Shown here: piece after piece, positions 1-7,829 of the stretch
Layout of the letters: each line of letters starts with the position of its first letter
How positions within the stretch are numbered: position 1 is the first letter of the stretch
Assembly (NCBI GenBank): GCA_963676175.2
Contig: CAXXWV010000002.1
Span: 132,081-196,080, forward strand
Direction of reading: 5' to 3'
From: Bacteroidales bacterium
GTDB lineage: Bacteria; Bacteroidota; Bacteroidia; Bacteroidales; VadinHA17
Length of the DNA: 64,000 nt
The notes under the pieces: generated by a model
Database searches by the model: none
Seen by the model: only the letters and a program-made list of their open reading frames with translations
What the model was told of the DNA's origin: nothing
Translations under genes and position numbers: made by a program

Positions 1-513
1 GATGCCAATAAACATTATGCCGGCACTTCAGCTATTTCATTAAGCACCACTGACAGCAGGGAAGAAATAATGGAGAAGATATTTGCTTCAGCAGGAGAAT
101 CTGAATTGGCAAAACTGGCTCTTTATATTTTTCGGCAGATGGACAGGATCGACTGGAGACCCTTTATCAAGGCAGCCATTGAAAGAAATCCTGTATGTTT
201 CGGCGATCTGGGAAATAAGGAGCCGGATGAAGTTTACCCGGTACTGCTTAACCTTGATAATGAATCTATCTACAATGGTTTCAGGCTTGCACTGCCTGAT
301 GAGGTATGGAACTTCAGACGCGGAGACGGAATTGAGAAGGCATTACTAATGGCTGACCTGCTTGTTAAAAGAAACAGCGACACCGGAATCACGCTTAAAA
401 TTGCCGGCAGCAATGTTTTGCTTTCAGTTGGAAGTACAAGCTATGAATTCTCTTCGGAAAAGAATCTTACAAAGACAATCATTATCAAGGGAAATTCATA
501 TGTTATTGACTAG
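1..513 (+). CDS. hypothetical protein, 3' part (open to left window edge)
   Basis: Frame 1 is open from nt 1 (DANKHYAGTS...) through the listed 70..513 ORF to TAG at 511-513. No family recognised by eye. Confidence 0.6.
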   Translation, partial: DANKHYAGTSAISLSTTDSREEIMEKIFASAGESELAKLALYIFRQMDRIDWRPFIKAAIERNPVCFGDLGNKEPDEVYPVLLNLDNESIYNGFRLALPDEVWNFRRGDGIEKALLMADLLVKRNSDTGITLKIAGSNVLLSVGSTSYEFSSEKNLTKTIIIKGNSYVID

Positions 514-525
514 ACTAAACTAAAG

Positions 526-816
526 TCAGCGAAGAACGATATCTTTAATCAGCTCTTTTCCTGCTCTGCTGTTCAGTTTTTCCCTGAGAGCCTCTCGGAG
601 CATAAGAAGTTCATTCCTGACCACGGAGGAATTAAGATATACATACAGGACGTGATCCTTTATGTATATCTTTTTAGTTTTGGAGCTTATAGCCTTACCG
701 ACTATCTCCTCCCATGAATTCACGATGGAGGTCTCACTAAGCTTGTCTCCGAAATTCATTTCACGGATGTAATCACCAATAGCTTCAGCCAGGGATACTG
801 TTTTACTGCGTCTCAT
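526..816 (-). CDS. DUF721-type small protein (recF-associated)
   Basis: 96 aa. It lies directly downstream of recF, and its ATG overlaps the recF stop by 1 nt (TAATG). Size and position match the DUF721 proteins that follow recF in many bacteria. Confidence 0.75.
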   Translation of the reverse strand: MRRSKTVSLAEAIGDYIREMNFGDKLSETSIVNSWEEIVGKAISSKTKKIYIKDHVLYVYLNSSVVRNELLMLREALREKLNSRAGKELIKDIVLR

Positions 817-1940
817 TATTCCTCACTTTTTTTCCCTGTCACATCTGCAATAGTACCGTCGGAGATCCTGAAGAGCCTGAAATCTATGTTATGAGAAGAA
901 AGAATATCAAGCAACCGGTTCTGATGCGTGTCGGTTATAAATATCTGTCCGAACCTGTGATTACTTACGAGCTTGATTATCTGCTCGACACGATCTCCGT
1001 CGAACTTATCAAAAATATCGTCAAGAAGCAGTATTGGAGAAAAGCCTGCCTTTCTGTTAATATAATCGAACTTGGCAAGCTTAAGTGCAACAAGATAGGA
1101 TTTCTGCTGGCCCTGTGACCCCAGCGCTCTGACGGGATAACCATCCATTTCCAGAAGAAGATCATCCTTGTGTATTCCAGTGGTCGTATATTCAAGTATT
1201 CTGTCTTTTGGCAACGATTGAATAAGCAAATCCTGATAACTTCCCCCTGAAAGATGAGAGCTATATGTAAGCCTCACTTTTTCACGTCCCCCGGAAATCA
1301 TTCCGTAATACTCCTGAAAGACAGGTATCAGTTCATCCACAAGGTTCTGCCTCTCACTGTAAATGTATTCACCATAACGCACCAGCTGATCATTCCAGAT
1401 AGAGATCATCTCATCATCTTTATTTCCCGATGAATTCTGATCCTTGAGAAGTCTGTTCCGCTGCTGAAGGGCTTTGCCATAACGTAAGGCAGCATCAAGA
1501 TACCCGCCGTTATACTGACTTATTATCTTGTTCATGAATTTTCTCCGGTCCTCGCTTCCCTCAGTAATAAGCGAACTGTCGGCCGGCGAAATCATGACAA
1601 CAGGATAGCGGCCTACATGGTCAGATAATTTCTGATATTCCTTCCCGTTCCTTTTAAGTATCTTCTGTTTCTGCTTTTGAAAAGCACAGCAAATATTATC
1701 ATCCTCTTCATCGCGGCTGAATATTCCCTGTATTATAAAATATTCCTCGCCATGTCTGATACTGATGCTGTCGACGGAATTAAAGAAGCTTTTTGTAAGC
1801 GACAGATAATGAATGGCATCCAATATATTGGTCTTCCCTACCCCATTATTCCCTACAAAGCAGTTTACTTTAGACGAAAACTCCATTTCTCCAAGTTCGT
1901 AGTTCTTGAAATTCGTCAGGGTAAGTTTTTTAAGATACAT
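816..1940 (-). CDS. recF: DNA replication/repair protein RecF
   Basis: Has Walker A GNNGVGKTN, signature SQGQQKSYLVALKLA and Walker B LLLDDIFDKFD. I start at MYLKKLTLTNFKN (ATG at 1938-1940) rather than the ORF-track 2081, because the extension is hydrophobic junk running over the promoter and the IS stub. Confidence 0.93.
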   Translation of the reverse strand: MYLKKLTLTNFKNYELGEMEFSSKVNCFVGNNGVGKTNILDAIHYLSLTKSFFNSVDSISIRHGEEYFIIQGIFSRDEEDDNICCAFQKQKQKILKRNGKEYQKLSDHVGRYPVVMISPADSSLITEGSEDRRKFMNKIISQYNGGYLDAALRYGKALQQRNRLLKDQNSSGNKDDEMISIWNDQLVRYGEYIYSERQNLVDELIPVFQEYYGMISGGREKVRLTYSSHLSGGSYQDLLIQSLPKDRILEYTTTGIHKDDLLLEMDGYPVRALGSQGQQKSYLVALKLAKFDYINRKAGFSPILLLDDIFDKFDGDRVEQIIKLVSNHRFGQIFITDTHQNRLLDILSSHNIDFRLFRISDGTIADVTGKKSEE

Positions 1941-1955
1941 TGTTGCTGAGAAAGA

Positions 1956-1963
1956 CAAAAGTA
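1956..1963 (-). promoter_or_regulatory. candidate Bacteroidota -7 promoter box (TACTTTTG) for recF
   Basis: The minus strand reads TACTTTTG 15 nt upstream of the recF ATG and matches the TAnnTTTG consensus. Confidence 0.45.
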
Positions 1964-2028
1964 AAAAGCAAATGTAGAAAGTAAAAAGTGAAAAGTGAAT
2001 ACTCAGCCAGGTAAAATAGTAATAATAA

Positions 2029-2326
2029 GCTTTTGAAGATGGACGGTTTAATATTGACAATAACCTTATTGAAAACAGCATACGTCCCGTAGCTCTGGGA
2101 AGAAAGAATTATCTCTTTGCAGGATCACATGAGGCAGCACAGCACGGAGCAGTAATCTATTCGCTGCTTGCCACCTGCCAGATCAGAGGAGTGGATCCAT
2201 TTACATGGTTAAAGAACGCTCTGAAAACTATCCCGGATTACCCGGCAAACCAGTTGGAAAAATTACTCCCCAATAAATAATATCAAAATCCAGTCACTTC
2301 AAAGGTGTATTTCCCCAGTCGGATAC
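2029..2326 (+). mobile_element. IS66-family transposase C-terminal remnant (5'-truncated pseudogene, possibly with the right end of the IS)
   Basis: Frame open 2029-2280 translates AFEDGRFNIDNNLIENSIRPVALGRKNYLFAGSHEAAQHGAVIYSLLATCQIRGVDPFTWLKNALKTIPDYPANQLEKLLPNK*. This is the hallmark IS66 C-terminal block (DG..IDNN..EN.IRP.ALGRKN.LFAGS...). There is no start codon and no upstream transposase body. The end at about 2326 is a guess at the IS terminus. Confidence 0.8.
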
Positions 2327-2346
2327 AATTGAATAGGTAGTTAAGA

Positions 2347-2889
2347 TTAATAGGTTGGTTCATATTCTAGAATTTCTATTATCTCTTCATTAGGCGTGGT
2401 TTCTTTTATAGCATTTATAATCTTTTCTCTGGTTTTCTCAGTTAGTTTTGGCGTATATTTAATATTTAAACAACTGGATTCTTGCTTGTCTTTAAGGTTC
2501 GAAAAAGCATTTATGATATTATAATCCAGCTCAAGTGAGTTATCTTTTAACACTTTGTTTGAGTAATACTTTAAATAGCTTGAGGTGAGGAAAAGGTTTA
2601 TAATCGATTTTTGTTTATTCATTCTGTAAAGTTCATATTCTAACTCTGCTATTTTCAAATCAACTAAATTAGATTTTTCCAATATTACTTTAATATCTAC
2701 TTTACTAGGCATAGCGATAAGATCCTTCTTTAAAGAGTTGATCCCTTTCTTCTGACGCCATTTAAAAATACTAAGATTGGTTGGTATTTCAATAAAAAGA
2801 TAAGTAAATAAACTTCTCAATCCTTTAAAGATTAGATATATGAATAACCAGCTAAATGACAGTACTATTAATAGGAGTAAATCTTTCAT
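2347..2889 (-). CDS. hypothetical N-terminally membrane-anchored protein (island operon gene 4)
   Basis: 180 aa. Has a hydrophobic N-terminus (LLLLIVLSFSWLFIYLIF) followed by a K/E/N-rich soluble part. It sits 1 nt after the upstream gene and is very AT-rich. No family recognised. Confidence 0.7.
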   Translation of the reverse strand: MKDLLLLIVLSFSWLFIYLIFKGLRSLFTYLFIEIPTNLSIFKWRQKKGINSLKKDLIAMPSKVDIKVILEKSNLVDLKIAELEYELYRMNKQKSIINLFLTSSYLKYYSNKVLKDNSLELDYNIINAFSNLKDKQESSCLNIKYTPKLTEKTREKIINAIKETTPNEEIIEILEYEPTY

Positions 2890-2890
2890 T

Positions 2891-3322
2891 TTAAAAACGA
2901 TTATAGCTTAATACTAGAGAACCAAAACTTAAAAAATAACTAAACGTAATATTGAAGAATAATCTTCTATCGCTCAGTGGAGTTTTTTCTGTTCTCTTTC
3001 TACGTTTGATAAAGGACCCATAAAGGATCCCTAAACTAAAAGTAACCAAAATCAAGCACAAAAACCATAATATAAAAAAAACAAACGAAATTGGATTTGG
3101 AGAAATAAGGACTTTACTAATACAATATGCAATGGTAATAAAGGCAACGTCTATGCTATACCAGGAAAAAATCTCCCAATAATCGTTTGTTATTTCAATC
3201 AGATTTCTAATAAAGGTTTTAATACAAAATTTAAATACTAAGTAGACTAAAGGAGCGATAATTATAAAATTCTGTTCTAATATCTTTACACTTTGATCAA
3301 GTGTTAAAATGAAAGTACTCAT
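2891..3322 (-). CDS. hypothetical small polytopic membrane protein, about 4 TM (island operon gene 3)
   Basis: 143 aa with four hydrophobic stretches and a basic loop, KRRKRTEK. It sits 13 nt downstream of the receiver gene. No family recognised. Confidence 0.7.
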   Translation of the reverse strand: MSTFILTLDQSVKILEQNFIIIAPLVYLVFKFCIKTFIRNLIEITNDYWEIFSWYSIDVAFITIAYCISKVLISPNPISFVFFILWFLCLILVTFSLGILYGSFIKRRKRTEKTPLSDRRLFFNITFSYFLSFGSLVLSYNRF

Positions 3323-3335
3323 AATTGTTTTATTA

Positions 3336-3746
3336 CTATTGAAATATAGATTTAATTTTTAGTATTAGATCGTCAGTAGAGGAACTCTTATCTATGAAAT
3401 CAGCAACTTTATAAGTTTCAAGAAACCTTGAAACAAGGTTATCTTTCTTTAATATGCTTACGATTATGATTGGGATTTTATTGTCAATTTTACGTATTTC
3501 TTTAATTACAGCAGCTCCAGTTAGGGAGCCTCCATTGGTTTCTTCTTTGTTAAATTCATCACGAGGGGGCATTATTAGATCAACAATCACTAAATCAATA
3601 TCTTTAATTAATGAGTCTAATCTATATTTTATGTTAACAATGCTAAATTCAGGTTTTATACTAATACCATTGTCTTCTAAAATCTCAAATTTAGACCTCA
3701 TCTTTTCAGTATTAGCTTCATCATCAATGTATAAGGTTCTTATCAT
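3336..3746 (-). CDS. stand-alone response-regulator receiver (REC) protein
   Basis: 136 aa. Has the acidic pair YIDDE (D8/D9), a phospho-acceptor context DLVIVDLIMP (D56), IIIVS (S97) and FIDK (K120). There is no output domain. Confidence 0.85.
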   Translation of the reverse strand: MIRTLYIDDEANTEKMRSKFEILEDNGISIKPEFSIVNIKYRLDSLIKDIDLVIVDLIMPPRDEFNKEETNGGSLTGAAVIKEIRKIDNKIPIIIVSILKKDNLVSRFLETYKVADFIDKSSSTDDLILKIKSIFQ

Positions 3747-3752
3747 GACTTT

Positions 3753-6080
3753 TCAAATTAATTTTTTTGGTAATTCAAAATAAATTCTCGTAGGCTTTCT
3801 TAATTTCTCGATGAAAATCTTCCCCCTATGCTTCTCGATAATATTCTTACAGTATGCAAGACCAATGCCTGTTCCCTCTGGGAAAAATTTTGTAGCGTCA
3901 CTTCCTCTAGTAAATTTATTAAAAATAATATTTTCCTCCCCACTTTTTATACCAATTCCATTATCCTCAAGTATGAATTGAATTTTATCAGATTTGTCAA
4001 CTGCTGATATTTTAATATAATTTAATGGTTCATTGTCATCTTTATATTTAATCGAATTTCTTATTAAATTATAAAATACTCTCATTAAATGTAACTGATC
4101 CCCATTGAATTTCGAAGGGACGTCAAGATAATGTGGTAACGTAAAAATGATATTATGCCTCTCAAATTCATGCTTGAAAAAATATTCACATTTCCTTACT
4201 AATTCGAGAAAATTGAACTGTTGATTAATAGTTACTATTTTATCTAAATTATCCATACTATAAACTAGAACTTCGATCAACTTAATATTTTGTTCAATGT
4301 CGTCAAATTTAATTCCAATTTTACCTACATTCCAATTTTCTGGTTTATTGTTTTTAAGGTGATGTTTAAACCACTCTGAATGGTTCCTAATACCCTCTAC
4401 TGGGGAAAGTATTTCATGACGTAAAGAATAGATGTTCCTTTCCCTATCTTCCAGAATATTTTTTACCAACTTGACCTTTAATGTAACATTTGACACTACT
4501 TTACTAATATTTTCAAGTTTTATTATGTCATCATTAGTAAATCTATCAAACTGAAATCCTATTCTATTCGCTTTATTATTGCATCTTACTAGCCCAATTA
4601 CTTCTCCCTTTTCGCTTTTGAGAGGCACAAATATTATAGACTTAGATTTCTTATTTCCAATTATTTCACTAAACTTGTTTGCATGAATTTTTTCAAATTC
4701 TACGTTATAATCATCATAATAAATAAAAGATTTACATTTTTGAAATACATAGCCAGTAAGTCCTTCCCCAAGTTTATATCGGACTGTACTGTATTCATGA
4801 TTGCCTATTATACCTGTCGTGCCATAAAGAACAAGCTCAGAATTATTATCCTTTAAGAAAACAGAACACCCATCACTATTCATTATAGTTTTAACCAACT
4901 CAGCCATAGAGTTCCAAGAATTTCTTTCATCTTCAAATGTCATTAAATTTGAAAATATTTGATCGTATTCCTTTAAGAAATTCTGAATATTATCGAGGTT
5001 CCAGGACTTATGAATAATTTCAAATAACTTAAAATATGAACCTATTTCGTTTATTTTGAGATTGTTGTGAGCAAGTTCGGTTTTTTCAACTTCTCCATAA
5101 GTTTCAAATGGGGTATAATAGATTATTCCAATAAATTTTCCATCACTAAAAATTGGATAACTAATGAACCACTCGATGGAAAATTTATTAAAGAATTTTT
5201 TATGAGGAAAGTTCTCCAATTTATTTAGATTGCAGTAGATATGGGGTTGTTGACTTTCAAATACTTCCTTATCAAAACTATCGGATATTCTAATAATTTG
5301 ATTATCAAAGTCAGTTAAACTTACAGTACGGTTATCAACCTTCAATGGGTATAGAGACTTAAGTATAAGAACATCATCACTTTCAATTTCCGTATTCAAC
5401 CATAGACATAAAAATTTTATTCCAAAAACTTCATTAATCAAGTTAAAAAAATGATCAATAGTCTCATCGCATCCTACATCCATTTTTTCAGTTAAGTTTG
5501 AAATAAATTGCAGCCTCTTTTCACGATTTATATTTTCAAAATAATTTTGAGTAAAATATCTGAAGAGCTTCCCTAGGATCAGAAAAATGTTTCTTTCTGA
5601 ATTTACAATCTTCTGATTGAAATCAATTATTATGATACCAACGATGTCATTCAAGAATAAAATTGGAATAATTACCTCTGACTTTATTTTATCGTCAATA
5701 TTAATAAAGACACCATTTTTTTCTGAGTCTCTTGCTGAATTTATGATAACGATATCTTTCAATTGATATGCCTGCCCTATTGCACCATCACTTATATTTC
5801 GAGAGATTATTCTAACTTTTTTGGGCGAGGTATAATCCTTTGGTAAAACGAGGTCAATTTTAAATTCGTGAGTATCTTTTACATATTCATAATACCTACA
5901 CAAATATGGATTGAAGTGCTTATATATTAAAGCTACAAGTTGTTCAGGAAAGTTGTGGAGCGGTTGAGCAGCATAAAGACTCTCAAGCGATTTATTCATA
6001 TTTTCTAAAGAAATTGAAAATGAAACAAGTTTTTCACTTAAAGTTTTCGAACTTCTATCTCCGATATTAAAAAAACTCAT
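3753..6080 (-). CDS. soluble sensor histidine kinase with three GAF-like modules
   Basis: 775 aa with no TM segments. GAF-like motifs include DGAIGQAY and LGEGLTGYV. The H-box is SLRHEILSPVEGI (His555, codon 4416-4418), the N-box LIRNSIKY, the G1 box EDNGIGI and the G2 box GTGIGLAYCKNIIEKHRG. Confidence 0.88.
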   Translation of the reverse strand: MSFFNIGDRSSKTLSEKLVSFSISLENMNKSLESLYAAQPLHNFPEQLVALIYKHFNPYLCRYYEYVKDTHEFKIDLVLPKDYTSPKKVRIISRNISDGAIGQAYQLKDIVIINSARDSEKNGVFINIDDKIKSEVIIPILFLNDIVGIIIIDFNQKIVNSERNIFLILGKLFRYFTQNYFENINREKRLQFISNLTEKMDVGCDETIDHFFNLINEVFGIKFLCLWLNTEIESDDVLILKSLYPLKVDNRTVSLTDFDNQIIRISDSFDKEVFESQQPHIYCNLNKLENFPHKKFFNKFSIEWFISYPIFSDGKFIGIIYYTPFETYGEVEKTELAHNNLKINEIGSYFKLFEIIHKSWNLDNIQNFLKEYDQIFSNLMTFEDERNSWNSMAELVKTIMNSDGCSVFLKDNNSELVLYGTTGIIGNHEYSTVRYKLGEGLTGYVFQKCKSFIYYDDYNVEFEKIHANKFSEIIGNKKSKSIIFVPLKSEKGEVIGLVRCNNKANRIGFQFDRFTNDDIIKLENISKVVSNVTLKVKLVKNILEDRERNIYSLRHEILSPVEGIRNHSEWFKHHLKNNKPENWNVGKIGIKFDDIEQNIKLIEVLVYSMDNLDKIVTINQQFNFLELVRKCEYFFKHEFERHNIIFTLPHYLDVPSKFNGDQLHLMRVFYNLIRNSIKYKDDNEPLNYIKISAVDKSDKIQFILEDNGIGIKSGEENIIFNKFTRGSDATKFFPEGTGIGLAYCKNIIEKHRGKIFIEKLRKPTRIYFELPKKLI

Positions 6081-6812
6081 TTTTTGAAATTTTTATAGAT
6101 AAAATGAATTCGTAAGGATTATAAGAATTGTATTCCTTTTGAAAAATTCATTCTAATATTATACCCAATGATTGAAGTTTTAATTAAAGCAATTTATATA
6201 TGTCCTTTTTAAATATCCATTCTTAAATTAAGAATAAACCATTATATCAATGAGTAACTAAAAGTAATTAAGTTAGTTCTTCAATATCTGTTCATTTTGA
6301 GCAAGTTATTTTTCCTCAATTGGTATAAGTATAGTTTTGTAGTCAATTACATGACCATCTTATACATCTTCTTATCAAACATTAGCCTAATAAAATTAAA
6401 CTATATTTTTTATTTTGCAAAACTTTGTTTCAGTACGTCTCACCATATAAACCAAGGTGCACTCAACTACTCTTTTCAAAGACTTTGACTGAAGCCATTC
6501 TACATTTAAATCCCCATATAATTGAACAATGGGTCATACAAGTTGATTTTATTCTTAGCCTAAGCAACCCACCCAATAAGCTCATTCGACAGTCTATTCT
6601 CTTCTATTGTTAATCCTAACTGTTTTGAAAGGGTGTAAAATGGCACGAACCAGATCATCATATAAAGCTCTTGTCGAGTTAAGACAGTTCTTTCCATTTT
6701 GATAGTATTAATGTTCTATAATACTGGAGTTTCCTTAAAATTTAGTATAAAAATTCTGATGGGCTGATATAATGCGAGATTAAGAACTTTTATAAGTGAA
6801 ACCCAAACAAAA

Positions 6813-7727
6813 ATCGAGTTTCCTCAAAAAAATGCGTCCAAACAACGAACCTGGCATTTGACTAAAATATCAAAACTCAAATGGACGCAAATTCTTTATT
6901 AATGAACCGGTTCAGGATGCAAAATAATAAATTTTCAGGAACTATTTCAAGAAGTCTTGGCAAAGTTAAAAAACGATTGGTTTAAGAGATGATTTATCGG
7001 ATACAGGCATCAAAAGACGTTAAGCTTTCAAATATAAGGCGAGCATTAATGGAATCTGTTCCACTGATAAAGACTGAAGACAGGCTAAGTCGCAATTTGG
7101 GTGACGAGGATCTGACCTCCACGATTAATAATAATATCCTGCGACTGGCCGATGACAAGGTTGATGAAACGATGGTTATAGCTATTGATCCGGGCGACAT
7201 GATGAAACCATACGCGAAGGTGATGGAAAATTTGTGCAACATCTATGATGGTAGCAGCCACAACCAGGCAAGAGGTTATCATCTGTGCCAGGTAACAGCG
7301 GCGAATCAAGCTCACGACAGAATAGTGCCATTGTATTGCGAGGCATATTCAACAGAAACTGAAGATTACCCAGGGAGTACTGAAAAACTCATTGAGATTA
7401 TCAGAAAAGTCAAAGCATATACTGGTGCCACAGGCACTTAGGCAATTGACAGGCAAGGTGATGATACATGCATAGCTTATTTTACAAGTATATATCTGGG
7501 AATGTCTTTAAAACTGAAGATCTTGGTTCAAAAAATTTTCATCCTCTCGAAAAGATTTTTTGGAGTACCCTCATTTTATAACTATGCAATGGCTGATGGT
7601 ATCTTTGAACTTATAAAACACTCGAAACGGGGATTATCTGAATTCAGAGGTAGAATTGGACCCCATCATGACAGGTTCCAGCTATCTTTATTCCCAGACT
7701 AACCATTTTTTGAGGAAACTCCAGGAA
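6813..7727 (+). mobile_element. degenerate, internally deleted IS element with terminal inverted repeats
   Basis: The left end atcgagtttcctcaaaaaaatg (6813-6834) matches the reverse complement of the right end cattttttgaggaaactccag (7705-7727), with about 2 mismatches and 1 indel. It encloses a broken transposase ORF. At about 0.9 kb it is too short for an intact IS. Confidence 0.7.
6881..7702 (+). pseudogene. DDE transposase pseudogene (IS4/IS1634-like; family uncertain)
   Basis: One reading frame is interrupted by TAA (6983-6985) and TAG (7439-7441, where a Trp is expected: GT*AIDRQGDD). It contains VIAIDPGDMMKPYAKVMENL (first D region) and a C-terminal GIFELIKHSKRGLSEF (E/K region). The middle of the protein is missing. 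Confidence 0.7.
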
Positions 7728-7784
7728 TTTCATCATTCAACCCATAATCATTAAATAATTGTTTTAAAATTACTTGAAAAAAAT

Positions 7785-7792
7785 TACTTTTG
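7785..7792 (+). promoter_or_regulatory. candidate -7 promoter box (TACTTTTG) for the TPR-ribH genes
   Basis: TAnnTTTG match 37 nt upstream of the ATG at 7830. Confidence 0.45.
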
Positions 7793-7829
7793 CGGTGGAA
7801 AATTTTGAAGATAAAAAGTATTTACCAGT

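Noticed and set aside
1949-1966. Shared 11-mer aaagacaaaag between the recF upstream region and the tRNA spacer (reverse complement at about 48445-48476), as a possible dispersed repeat
   Set aside because: Both copies overlap or resemble the A/T-rich TAnnTTTG promoter context. An 11-nt match in purine-rich DNA is not convincing as a repeat family.
1941-2081. 47-codon N-terminal extension of recF in the ORF track (816..2081)
   Set aside because: The extension is low-complexity and hydrophobic. It runs across the TAnnTTTG box and into the IS66 stub. RecF homologues begin at the MYLKKL-type N-terminus just before the Walker A motif.
6297-6613. Two overlapping 62-63-aa plus-strand ORFs in the island's non-coding part
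   Set aside because: The sequence is AT-rich and low-complexity (runs of I/F/L/N/Y). There is no promoter or start context and no recognisable domain. They are most likely chance ORFs.
6563-6697. 45-codon minus-strand ORF (MERTVLTRQELYMMIWFVPFYTLSKQLGL...) with a faint HTH-like 'TRxELYxxxW' N-terminus
   Set aside because: It is too short, and any similarity stops after about 25 residues. At best it is a gene fragment, so I did not list it as a feature.
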